DNA of 64,000 bases from Dehalococcoidales bacterium. Its GTDB lineage: Bacteria > Chloroflexota > Dehalococcoidia > Dehalococcoidales > RBG-16-60-22. Positions 8,295 through 16,958 of this stretch are shown one piece after another. Both the position numbers and the translations under genes were made by a program. The stretch covers positions 90,834 through 154,833 of the forward strand of contig JBEKDZ010000004.1 in the NCBI GenBank assembly GCA_050014095.1, in the 5' to 3' direction. Each line of letters opens with the position of its first letter. Position 1 is the first letter of the stretch. The notes beneath the pieces are model-generated. The model did no database searches and had not been told where the DNA came from. It saw only the letters and a list, made by a program, of their open reading frames with translations.

Positions 8295-10889
8295 ATGAGC
8301 GAGAGTAGGTTCTCATCGCGCTGGCTGATAGTAATTCTGCTGCTCGTCATCTTTGGAGTAGCGCTTTACATCCGCGTCGCTCCAATTTATAACAATATTT
8401 TCGTTGGTGATAATGTAAAATACGCTTCTAATGATGCCTATTACTTTTTGCGCCAGGCTGACAATCTCGTACATCATTTCCCTCATTTCTCTTCCTTTGA
8501 TCCATATTTGAATTATCCTTATGGCTTGCAAACAGGCTCGATGAACTTTTTTGTTTATCTCCTCGGTGGCATCGCCTGGCTTTTTGGGTTGGGTTCACCG
8601 AGTACTCATCTATTGGATGTCATCAGCGCTTACTTGCCGGCATTTTTTGGGGCGCTGACTGTAATCCCTCTATATTTTATCGGCAGGGCTTTGTTCAATC
8701 GGGGAGTTGGCATCATAGCCGCGGCTTTAATCGCTATTCTACCCGGGGAGTTACTGGGTAGAACACTTCTCGGCTTAACCGACAGGGATTCCCTTGAAAT
8801 CCTGTTAACCACTTTGACGATGATGTTTATTATTCTGGCTGTGAAAAGCGCCCGGGAGAAACAACCGACCTTCCGGCGTCTTAATCGGCAGAATTTACCC
8901 GTTTACACTAAACCTATTATCTACAGTCTGCTATCCGGCATCTTTCTTGGGCTTAGCATCCTTACCTGGAGGGGTTCTTTCCTCTTTGTGATAGTATTCC
9001 TTGCCTTGTTCGTCATCCAGTCCATCTTTGATTATGCGGAAGACGAGTCCTTTGGTTACATTAGCTTCGCCGGTATCATAACTTTTCTCACGGCGCTCTT
9101 GATAGTTGGGGTAGTATCCCGCAGCCAGATATACTCGGGCGCTCTTGCTATTTCTCTTTTCATACCACTGGCTTTATCGGGACTATCATGGCTATTGCGA
9201 CGCTGGAAGGCAAAGTCCTTTTCTTACTTTTTAACAGTCGTCGGCATTGGCGCGATTTGTATCGGTATTTTTTATGCCGCCAGTCCTTCTCTTTTCAGGT
9301 CCGTATTAGACCAATTTAGTGTTTTTGTTCCGTCCCGAGCCACGCTCACGACTACCGAGATGGGGTCTATCCTCTTTCCGGGCGGCTTGTTCACGCTTAC
9401 CGTTATTTGGAATAACTATACCACCAGCGTTTTCCTTAGTCTTATCGCTTTGATTGTGCTTATCTATCTCTATTTCCGGCGAAGCAGGGCTGAAGATTTG
9501 TTTATCCTTGTGTGGGGCATGATAATGCTCTGGGCTACTCTGGATATACGACGTATCGCTCCTTTCTTTGCTGTCACTGTCGCTCTGCTGACCGGCTACC
9601 TGTCTGTTATTCTCTATTACGTTTTCCAATTTGCACTCAACTATGTGACAGGTAGAAGTAATAATGACGTATCGTCACGACTTTTAGAATTTCTTAGCTT
9701 AAAAGGGCAGGCTGCGGCTAAGCCTTTAGTTGAGGCGTCCCCACAGGTCGATTACTATAACACGCTTGGCGTTCCTAGAGATGCAACTCGTAAACAGATA
9801 AAGAAAGCTCACGCAAGGTTGGTCTTTAAGTATCAAACTAGCGGCAGTTTAACCGATGAAAGTAGAGAGAGGCTAAGGCAAATAGACCGAGCCTATTCCA
9901 TACTTGTCGATTTCCAAAAGCGGGCTGCCTATGACGGTTCGGAGTATGACGCGGCGGCACAAGAGAAAAGCAAGCCCAGAACATCCAAGAGAGGCGAATT
10001 CCGGTTAGCCAATGGGGTAAATATTGCTATCGCCGGGCTAGCTATTTTCTTTCTTGTCCTTTTCCCTAACTTTAAACCAGCTGCCGGTACTATCGAGCAG
10101 ACAAAGACATTTATCCCCAATGATGCCTGGCTTAGTTCCATGGTCTGGTTAAAGGATAACACGCCGGAGCCTTTCGGCGATGCTAACTTTTACTACGACT
10201 TGTGTCAAACACCTTTCAACTATCCAGAAACCGCTTATGGAGTCACCGCATGGTGGGACTTCGGCTATTGGATACTAAGGATTGGTCACCGCATTCCTAA
10301 TTGCGACCCCGGCGCGGGCGCCCGAGAATCAGTAGCACGTTTATTGATATCCCAGAATGAAACCGCAGCTAATGAACTAGCTAACATCCTAAACTCTAAA
10401 TATGTCATTGTTGACGATGCCACAGTTACCGAGATGGTTTATGCGATAACGACCTATGCCGGCACCACCAGTGAGCAGTTTTTTGATATGTACTTTATAC
10501 TTGGCAACGATGGCAAGCTAAGACCGGTTGTTTACTATTACCCCCAATATTATCAATCTCTGGCTGTCAGACTTTATATTTTTAATGGGAACGAGATAGT
10601 TCCTGATAGCATCGATGTTATCTCTTATGTAGAGAAGGTGAACAATGATGGGACACGCTATAAACAGGTAACAGGCGATAAGACCTTCAACAGCTATAAA
10701 GAGGCGACTGATTATCTCGCCAAGCAGACTACAGGCAATTACAGGATAGTCAATGCGAGTCCTTTTGTGAGCTCTGTACCACTAGAACGGCTCGAGCATT
10801 ATAAGCTCGTATATTCATCCAATCAGTCTTCATTGGTCTACTTAGAGAAAAACGTGCCGGCGTTGAAAATTTTCGAACGCATCGATTAA
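8295..10889 (+). CDS. STT3/AglB/PglB-family oligosaccharyltransferase with inserted J-like domain
   Basis: 864 aa with about 12-13 hydrophobic segments. Motifs: SNDAYYF (aa 45-51), GLTDRDSLE (aa 160-168), LTTTEM (aa 351-356), WWDFGYW (aa 653-659), then KYVIVDDATVTEMVYAI. The C-terminal ~270-aa soluble domain follows the last TM segment. Confidence 0.8.
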   Translation: MSESRFSSRWLIVILLLVIFGVALYIRVAPIYNNIFVGDNVKYASNDAYYFLRQADNLVHHFPHFSSFDPYLNYPYGLQTGSMNFFVYLLGGIAWLFGLGSPSTHLLDVISAYLPAFFGALTVIPLYFIGRALFNRGVGIIAAALIAILPGELLGRTLLGLTDRDSLEILLTTLTMMFIILAVKSAREKQPTFRRLNRQNLPVYTKPIIYSLLSGIFLGLSILTWRGSFLFVIVFLALFVIQSIFDYAEDESFGYISFAGIITFLTALLIVGVVSRSQIYSGALAISLFIPLALSGLSWLLRRWKAKSFSYFLTVVGIGAICIGIFYAASPSLFRSVLDQFSVFVPSRATLTTTEMGSILFPGGLFTLTVIWNNYTTSVFLSLIALIVLIYLYFRRSRAEDLFILVWGMIMLWATLDIRRIAPFFAVTVALLTGYLSVILYYVFQFALNYVTGRSNNDVSSRLLEFLSLKGQAAAKPLVEASPQVDYYNTLGVPRDATRKQIKKAHARLVFKYQTSGSLTDESRERLRQIDRAYSILVDFQKRAAYDGSEYDAAAQEKSKPRTSKRGEFRLANGVNIAIAGLAIFFLVLFPNFKPAAGTIEQTKTFIPNDAWLSSMVWLKDNTPEPFGDANFYYDLCQTPFNYPETAYGVTAWWDFGYWILRIGHRIPNCDPGAGARESVARLLISQNETAANELANILNSKYVIVDDATVTEMVYAITTYAGTTSEQFFDMYFILGNDGKLRPVVYYYPQYYQSLAVRLYIFNGNEIVPDSIDVISYVEKVNNDGTRYKQVTGDKTFNSYKEATDYLAKQTTGNYRIVNASPFVSSVPLERLEHYKLVYSSNQSSLVYLEKNVPALKIFERID
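9747..9938 (+). other. J-like (DnaJ N-terminal-type) domain lacking the HPD tripeptide, inserted before the last TM helix of the OST
   Basis: VDYYNTLGVPRDATRKQIKKAHARLVFKYQTSGSLTDESRERLRQIDRAYSILVDFQKRAAYDGSEY. This matches the J-domain helix I-III pattern (DYYxxLGV...IKKAYRxL..KYHPD...I..AY.vL.D..KR..YD), but QTS replaces HPD. Confidence 0.65.
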
Positions 10890-10940
10890 TGACTACTCAT
10901 GTTCTAGAAGGAATGACCTCGCTATTCACTGCACAGTCGT

Positions 10941-10969
10941 TTGACAGGACTAAAGCCGAAATCTATACT
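10941..10969 (+). promoter_or_regulatory. Near-consensus sigma70-type promoter for the wzm-wzt-GT-GPT operon
   Basis: TTGACA (10941-10946), 17-nt spacer, TATACT (10964-10969). Lies 60 nt upstream of the ATG at 11029. Confidence 0.5.
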
Positions 10970-11028
10970 GTTACCCAGAGATAGCCTATAGAAGCGATGA
11001 TCATTATGTTGGTGTTTGGCGACTGAAC

Positions 11029-11814
11029 ATGGCAGCATTTATCCACATTGTAAAGATTATCTGGCTGCGCCGTTCGCTAATAGTTGAACTTGTTAAGCGT
11101 GAGGTGAAGCTGCGTTACCGTGGAACATGGCTTGGTTTTTTGTGGAGTCTGCTTAACCCCCTCATCATGACGGTAGTTTATACCTTGGTCTTTGTCTACT
11201 TCTTCCGCGTAAGCACTCCTAATTACTCTGTTTTCCTGTTTTGCGCGCTGCTGCCCTGGAACTGGTTTAGTGAAGCGATAATGTCAGGAACGGATTGCTT
11301 TGTAGGGCGTTCCGGGTTCGTACGTGATGCTATTTTCCCCACCGCAATTCTACCCGTTTCTTTAATAGGATCAAGCATGATGAACTATGTGTTTTCCCTG
11401 CCTATCCTGCTGATAGCGTTGCTTGCATTCAGAGTTCCATTTGGCTGGAGTCTGCTTACCTTACCCTTGATTATGGCAGTGCAATTTTTATTTACGCTGG
11501 GTATTGTTTTCATCCTGGGGACGTTTAACGTTTTCTTTCGTGATTTGCGTTACATCGTCCAAAATCTTATGATGGCCCTCTTTTTCTTGACACCAATTAT
11601 GTATGATATTAACACTATCCCAGAGAATTTCCGGATTCTCCTAAAGTTAAACCCAATGGAACACTTAGTTAATGACTACCGGAGCATTTTCTACTACAAC
11701 AACTGGCCCGACTGGGGGGATACCGGGATAGTCGTTGCTATCAGTCTTGTATTTATCGTTCTGGGTATATGGGCTTTTGAAACGCATAGGGAGAGTTTTG
11801 CTGAATACCTATGA
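11029..11814 (+). CDS. wzm: ABC-2 type polysaccharide exporter permease (Wzm/TagG-like)
   Basis: 261 aa with about six hydrophobic segments. The N-terminal LVKREVKLRYRGTWLGFLWSLLNPL is typical of ABC-2 permeases. Its stop overlaps the start of the ATPase gene (ATGA). Confidence 0.75.
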   Translation: MAAFIHIVKIIWLRRSLIVELVKREVKLRYRGTWLGFLWSLLNPLIMTVVYTLVFVYFFRVSTPNYSVFLFCALLPWNWFSEAIMSGTDCFVGRSGFVRDAIFPTAILPVSLIGSSMMNYVFSLPILLIALLAFRVPFGWSLLTLPLIMAVQFLFTLGIVFILGTFNVFFRDLRYIVQNLMMALFFLTPIMYDINTIPENFRILLKLNPMEHLVNDYRSIFYYNNWPDWGDTGIVVAISLVFIVLGIWAFETHRESFAEYL

Positions 11815-12566
11815 AAGACGCTATTGTACTGGAACATGTAAGTAAGAATTTCAAGCGCTTCGCCGTATCGGGGCAAACCACGCTCAAAGACGCAATATTA
11901 AGAGGGAAGATCTTCCAGATGGGACGTTCTGCTGGGTATGTAGAAGCACTAAAGGACATCTCCTTTTCTGTGCCGGAAGCTACGGTGCTCGGCATTATCG
12001 GCCCTAACGGAGCAGGCAAGAGCACACTGCTGCGGATTCTCGCCGGCATTTACCGTCCGACCTCGGGGCAAGTTAATGTTAAGGGGCGTATCTCGGCGTT
12101 GCTAAGCCTTGGTCTTGGGTTCCACCCCGAGTTCTCCGGACGAGAAAATATTATCATCAGCGGGCTGGCTTTAGGTTTATCCCGCAAGCAGGTTGCCGAT
12201 ATTTCTGATGATATCATCCAGTTCGCCGAGCTTGAGGAGTTTATCGATGCACCGATGCGTACCTATTCCTCTGGAATGTATATGCGGCTGGCCTTCTCTG
12301 TCTCCGTCAACATCAACCCGGATATCCTGCTTCTCGACGAAGTGCTAGCTGTCGGCGATGCCAGTTTTGCCCAAAAAAGCCGGGCGCGTATGGAAGAGTT
12401 CAAGAATAGCGGCAAAACCATCGTTCTGGCAACGCATGACCTCGCCACAGTGGAGAACTGGTGCCAGCAGGCAATCTTTTTATACGGTGGTCAGATATGC
12501 GGCTTTGGCAAACCCAAGGAGGTTGTCGCCAAGTACCGGGAAATAGCGCTCGGCGGACCTCATTAA
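11811..12566 (+). CDS. wzt: ABC polysaccharide exporter ATP-binding protein (Wzt/TagH-like, short form)
   Basis: Walker A GPNGAGKST, signature YSSGMYMRLAF, Walker B ILLLDEVLAVGD. At only 251 aa it has no C-terminal glycan-binding extension. Confidence 0.8.
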   Translation: MKDAIVLEHVSKNFKRFAVSGQTTLKDAILRGKIFQMGRSAGYVEALKDISFSVPEATVLGIIGPNGAGKSTLLRILAGIYRPTSGQVNVKGRISALLSLGLGFHPEFSGRENIIISGLALGLSRKQVADISDDIIQFAELEEFIDAPMRTYSSGMYMRLAFSVSVNINPDILLLDEVLAVGDASFAQKSRARMEEFKNSGKTIVLATHDLATVENWCQQAIFLYGGQICGFGKPKEVVAKYREIALGGPH

Positions 12567-12602
12567 GAGGCATATTATATTTAGGGTGGAGTGGGATGCA
12601 GG

Positions 12603-13724
12603 ATGAAAATTCTGTATAGCGTCACAGGTGCTGTCTTCGGGGGAGCTGTCGCTCATGTGCTTAGCCTGATGCGAGCCGATGTCAAAGCCGGACATTCTGT
12701 AGGTCTGGTTGCCGCCCCCGAGCCACGCCTGATGTCGGAAGCCAAGGATATCGGTGTCCATGTCTTTCCCAACCCCTATTTTGTCCACGGGGTACAGCCA
12801 CTCCAAGACATCCGGGCACTGTGGCCAGTGTTCCGGGGCGTTCAGAAATTCAAGCCGGATATTATCTCGGCGCACTCAACCAAGGCGGGATATGCCGCCC
12901 GCTTCGCCGGCGCGATTCTAAGAAAGAAAGTAGTTTTTACCGCTCACGGCTGGCCTTTTACCGAGGGACGAGGTGCATGGCAGAGGTGCCTCTTAGCTCT
13001 GGTGGAACGGTTGGCTTCTATGGCGACGGTAACTATCATTTGCGTTTCTGCCTATGACCAAGAATTAGCCCTGAAATTCAAGGTAGCCTCGCTCGAGAAG
13101 CTGGTGCTGATTCATAACGGGGTGGACCCTGCCCCCCTGCTCAACGCCAGGGGCGAACAGGTACGCCGGGAATTCGGATTGGGAAAGGTGCCGGTACTCG
13201 TTATGGTAGGGCGACTTACCCAGCAGAAGGACCCCCTAACACTGCTGGAGGCCTGCCGACTGCTTGAGACAAACTTCAGGTTAATGATGGTCGGGGATGG
13301 CGAACTGCGCGATAAAGTGGAGGAATTCGTCGCCCGAAACAATCTACGTGACAAGGTCACTTTTACCGGAGAGAGAAATGATATCCCCGAGATTCTGGCC
13401 GCCAGCGATATTCTGATACTTGACTCCCGCTGGGAGGGACTTCCCTTGATCATTATTGAGGCCGAGATAGCCGGGCTGCCCGTGGTGGCCTCGGGGGTTG
13501 GCGGCGTGCCGGAGCTGATTGAGGACGGTGTTACCGGTTTTATTGTCCCGCCGAGAAATCCGCAGGCACTGGCGAATGTAATACAGAAGCTCCTTGGTGA
13601 TGCGAATCTGCGCCACCGGGTCGGGTCGGTCGCCCGTGAGAAGGCCCTCCGTGAGTTCACTTTTCAACGTATGTTGACAAAGACCCAACAGTTATATAAG
13701 GATATTCTCAAGAATAAAGCCTGA
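12603..13724 (+). CDS. GT4 family glycosyltransferase
   Basis: MKILYSV start (the track's GTG at 12591 is an in-frame alternative), with AGGGTGGAG upstream. E-x7-E region EGLPLIIIEAEIAGLPVVASGVGGVPELIEDGVTGFIV. Confidence 0.8.
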   Translation: MKILYSVTGAVFGGAVAHVLSLMRADVKAGHSVGLVAAPEPRLMSEAKDIGVHVFPNPYFVHGVQPLQDIRALWPVFRGVQKFKPDIISAHSTKAGYAARFAGAILRKKVVFTAHGWPFTEGRGAWQRCLLALVERLASMATVTIICVSAYDQELALKFKVASLEKLVLIHNGVDPAPLLNARGEQVRREFGLGKVPVLVMVGRLTQQKDPLTLLEACRLLETNFRLMMVGDGELRDKVEEFVARNNLRDKVTFTGERNDIPEILAASDILILDSRWEGLPLIIIEAEIAGLPVVASGVGGVPELIEDGVTGFIVPPRNPQALANVIQKLLGDANLRHRVGSVAREKALREFTFQRMLTKTQQLYKDILKNKA

Positions 13725-13804
13725 TTTGGTACTAAACCGAAAGGTTTAATAAGTATCTATTATTCGGTGTTGAATTAACCAGGAGATGAGGTGTAGAAAA
13801 GATA

Positions 13805-14767
13805 ATGATTTGGGTATCATTCGTGTGTGCGCTGGCGGTAAGTTATTTCAGCTTTCCTTTGATAATCCCACGGTTGGCTAGGGCTGGCATCACTGGAAAA
13901 GACCTGAATAAACCAGGACAGCCCGAAATCGCGAATATCGGCGGGCTGGTTACTGTGGCCGGTTTTAGCGCAGGAATTCTCCTTATAATTGCTCTAATAA
14001 CTTTTACGGATTTATTCAACTTCATTAATCTTCAATATTTGCTGGCGGCATTATCCACCGTGCTCACTGCCGTGTTGATTGGTATTGTTGATGACTTCGT
14101 CTCCCTTAGGCAATGGTTTAAGGCGCTAACACCTATATTCAGCGCCCTGCCCCTTATAGCCGTAAAGGCAGGCGATACCACCTTGGGTATCCCCTTTTTT
14201 GGTCAGATTGACCTCGGCATTATCTACACCCTGGTTCTCGTGCCTATCGGCGTTACCATAGCCGCAAACGGAGTTAATATGCTGGCTGGATTCAACGGAC
14301 TGGAAACAGGGATGGGCCTGGTAGGCATGGCAGCTTTGGCGGTTATCGCCGGCTTCCTCGGTGAGAACACCGCTCTTACTATTTTACTGGCGGCTATGGG
14401 CGCCCTTTTAGCCACGCTCCGCTTTAACTGGTACCCTGCCAAGATATTTATCGGGGACGCCGGTACCTTCAGCATCGGAGCGATGATGGCCACGGCGGTT
14501 ATCATCGGCAATTTTGAGCTGGCTGGGGTAATCATCATGATTCCCTATGCTGTAGACTTCTTCATCAAGGCGGCCAATCGTTTCCCGAGTCATGGCTGGG
14601 AGGGAATATACCGAGACGGTAAGCTATATTGTCCCGAGTCGAGAGTTAAGGGGCTGGCGCAGCTAGTAATGAAGCTGACAGGAGGCGTTAGCGAGAGGAA
14701 CCTAACGCTGATTTTAATCGGTATTGAAGTAATTTTCGCAGCTATCGCTATTTGGCTTTTCCATTAA
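13805..14767 (+). CDS. Polyprenyl-phosphate HexNAc-1-phosphate transferase (MraY/WecA/AglH family, initiating enzyme)
   Basis: 320 aa, about 10 TM segments. Motifs: Mg-binding IVDDFVSL, NMLAGFNGLETG, GDAGTFSIG. Size and motifs resemble archaeal AglH / eukaryotic GPT-type enzymes. Confidence 0.75.
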   Translation: MIWVSFVCALAVSYFSFPLIIPRLARAGITGKDLNKPGQPEIANIGGLVTVAGFSAGILLIIALITFTDLFNFINLQYLLAALSTVLTAVLIGIVDDFVSLRQWFKALTPIFSALPLIAVKAGDTTLGIPFFGQIDLGIIYTLVLVPIGVTIAANGVNMLAGFNGLETGMGLVGMAALAVIAGFLGENTALTILLAAMGALLATLRFNWYPAKIFIGDAGTFSIGAMMATAVIIGNFELAGVIIMIPYAVDFFIKAANRFPSHGWEGIYRDGKLYCPESRVKGLAQLVMKLTGGVSERNLTLILIGIEVIFAAIAIWLFH

Positions 14768-14785
14768 TATTTTACCTACAGCGTG

Positions 14786-15259
14786 TCAGGGGGAGCTCTT
14801 AAATCTCCGGTCAAATTTCTTCAATGTCAGCCAGGCACAGAATGTGGCGATAACCGCGATTAAAATACTCGCCACGACATCAATTGGATAATGTAAATGT
14901 GCCGCTATTCTGGCAACACCTACCAGTATTCCCAAAACCCCCAGTAAAATGCCCAGCTTACGCCGGTAAACGAAGATTACTGCCGCGGTAACCGTGGCTG
15001 CTAAAGTGTGGTCGGAAGGAAAGCCGTTATCCGGCAAGTGGGGAATCAGCGGCTGAATATTCTCGACGACAAAGGGTCGAGTGTCGTAATATAACATTCC
15101 CGCGATATACGCTATCAGAAAAGCGAGCCCGAACGAGAGAATTACCAGCTTGATAATGCTCCACCGTACTGTTTTTTCGGAGAAGATAGTTGCCACGACA
15201 GCTATCAGCCCCACAACAATAATAAGATACTGGCCAGCAATGGTGATTAATTCGGTCAT
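14786..15259 (-). CDS. PAP2-family polyprenyl-diphosphate phosphatase (BcrC-like)
   Basis: 157-aa membrane protein with the three PAP2 motifs: YYDTRPF, PSDHT, ARIAAHLHYPIDV. Confidence 0.7.
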   Translation of the reverse strand: MTELITIAGQYLIIVVGLIAVVATIFSEKTVRWSIIKLVILSFGLAFLIAYIAGMLYYDTRPFVVENIQPLIPHLPDNGFPSDHTLAATVTAAVIFVYRRKLGILLGVLGILVGVARIAAHLHYPIDVVASILIAVIATFCAWLTLKKFDRRFKSSP

Positions 15260-15264
15260 AACCG

Positions 15265-16380
15265 CTATGTCGCCTGGTGTTTGTAGAATTGTTTTATCTG
15301 CTCAACGACAAATTCGATTTGTCTATTTTCAATCTCAGGGTACATTGGCAGAGAAAGGACGTCCTTCGCGATTCTTTCACTCGCCGGGAAATCACCGGCT
15401 TTATAGCCTAGTGTCCGGTAGACTTCCTGCAAGTGCAGCGGCAGGGGATAGTAAATGGCGGTACCGATGCCCTGGGAATCAAGGTGTTTCTGCAAATCGT
15501 CCCGGCCGGGAGCGCGGATAGTATAGTAGTTGAACACGTGGTCGCAATGAGGGGCGACCCCTGGCACACTGATGCCCGCCAGTCCACCGAGCAGCTTAGC
15601 GTAAAGCTTCGCCTTCTGCTGCCGCTGCTCTATCCATTTATTTATATACTTCAGCTTAACTCGGAGTACGGCTGCCTGAAGAGAATCGAGCCGGCTGTTG
15701 AAACCATGGAGGAGAACGAAATATTTATCTTTGCCGCCGTGGTTCCGGAGCATTTCCGCTTTTTCGGTGATTTTTTCATCGTTAGTTACTATCATGCCTC
15801 CGTCCCCATAAGCACCGAGCATCTTGCTCGGGAAGAAACTTAGGCAGCCGGCATCGCCGAACGAACCGATTTTCCTACCCCGATATGCGGCACCAAAGGC
15901 TTGAGCGCAATCCTCGATGACTTTAAGATTATACTTCCGGGCCAGGCGCAGGATATCGTCCATGTTCGCCGGTTGGCCATAGAGATGCACCGGCAGGATG
16001 GCTTTAGTCTTCTTGGTGATTTTTTTCTCAATCTTTGCTGTATCAATGTTAAATGTCTGTGAGTCGATATCAACGAATACCGGCACTGCACCGCAGCGAC
16101 TAATCGTTTCCGAGGTAGCAACGAAGGTAAAGGGGGTGGTGATTACCTCATCACCTGACGTTATACCACACGACAGCATCGAGATAAGGAGGGCATCGGT
16201 TCCGGAGGCGACACCAATGGCGTATTTCACCCCCAGATAAGCAGCGATATCCTTTTCCAGCGCTTTGACCTCCGGGCCAAGGATGAATTGCGTACCTTCT
16301 ACCGTTTGTTTTATGGCCTGGTCAATTTCATCTTTAAGAGCCAGATGTTGCGCCTTCAAGTCAGTCAATGGTATCTTCAT
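15265..16380 (-). CDS. wbpE: DegT/DnrJ/EryC1-family PLP aminotransferase (WbpE-like, 3-aminotransferase)
   Basis: Start set at MKIPLTDLK, with AGGAG just upstream. The track's longer start would overlap the upstream gene by 32 nt. Schiff-base Lys block SFFPSKMLGAYGDGGMIV. Genomic context is WbpA/B/D. Confidence 0.75.
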   Translation of the reverse strand: MKIPLTDLKAQHLALKDEIDQAIKQTVEGTQFILGPEVKALEKDIAAYLGVKYAIGVASGTDALLISMLSCGITSGDEVITTPFTFVATSETISRCGAVPVFVDIDSQTFNIDTAKIEKKITKKTKAILPVHLYGQPANMDDILRLARKYNLKVIEDCAQAFGAAYRGRKIGSFGDAGCLSFFPSKMLGAYGDGGMIVTNDEKITEKAEMLRNHGGKDKYFVLLHGFNSRLDSLQAAVLRVKLKYINKWIEQRQQKAKLYAKLLGGLAGISVPGVAPHCDHVFNYYTIRAPGRDDLQKHLDSQGIGTAIYYPLPLHLQEVYRTLGYKAGDFPASERIAKDVLSLPMYPEIENRQIEFVVEQIKQFYKHQAT

Positions 16381-16387
16381 CGGTCTC

Positions 16388-16954
16388 CTAATCCACAGCA
16401 GTGCATTGCTCTTTCTCAACCTTATAGCGCTTGCCGCACTCGGTACAGGTCATGATGCCCTTACCTTGAAGCTTAACCCCGCATTCACAGACCCAGCCCT
16501 GAATACGCGCCGGATTTCCGTAGACCAGGGCATAGTCCGGAAGGTCTTTCGTCACCACCGACCCCGCCCCGATAAAAGCATACCGACCGATAGTATGGCC
16601 GCAGACTATTGTTGCGTTGGCGCCGATGGTGGCACCTTTCTTGACGAGCGTTGGCCGGAAATCGTGCTTACGGGATATGTGAGCCCGCGGATTGATAACA
16701 TTGGTAAAAACACAGGACGGGCCGCAGAAGACATCATCTTCAAGCGTTACGCCTTCATAAACCGAAACGTTGTTTTGAATTTTAACACGGTTTCCTATTT
16801 TTACTCCGTTGCCGATATAGGTATTCTGGCCAAGGACGCAGTCCTTACCGATGGTAGCGTCGGGCATAACATGGCAGAAGTGCCATATCTTTGTCCCTTT
16901 GCCAATCTGGCACGGCTCATCAATCACGCTGGACTCATGGACATAAAAATCCAT
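16388..16954 (-). CDS. wbpD: Hexapeptide-repeat (LbH) N-acetyltransferase, WbpD/WlbB-like, with C-terminal Zn-ribbon
   Basis: Start at MDFYVHESSVIDEPCQIGKGTKIWHFCHVM, with GGGGGTGAGG upstream. Repeated [LIV]G hexapeptides. Tail is WVCECGVKLQGKGIMTCTECG (CxC...CxxC). Confidence 0.7.
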   Translation of the reverse strand: MDFYVHESSVIDEPCQIGKGTKIWHFCHVMPDATIGKDCVLGQNTYIGNGVKIGNRVKIQNNVSVYEGVTLEDDVFCGPSCVFTNVINPRAHISRKHDFRPTLVKKGATIGANATIVCGHTIGRYAFIGAGSVVTKDLPDYALVYGNPARIQGWVCECGVKLQGKGIMTCTECGKRYKVEKEQCTAVD

Positions 16955-16958
16955 AACC

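Noticed and set aside
9747-9938. Calling the OST insert a functional DnaJ co-chaperone domain.
   Set aside because: The HPD tripeptide needed to stimulate Hsp70 ATPase is replaced by QTS, so only 'J-like fold' is supportable. Function as a DnaK activator is not claimed.
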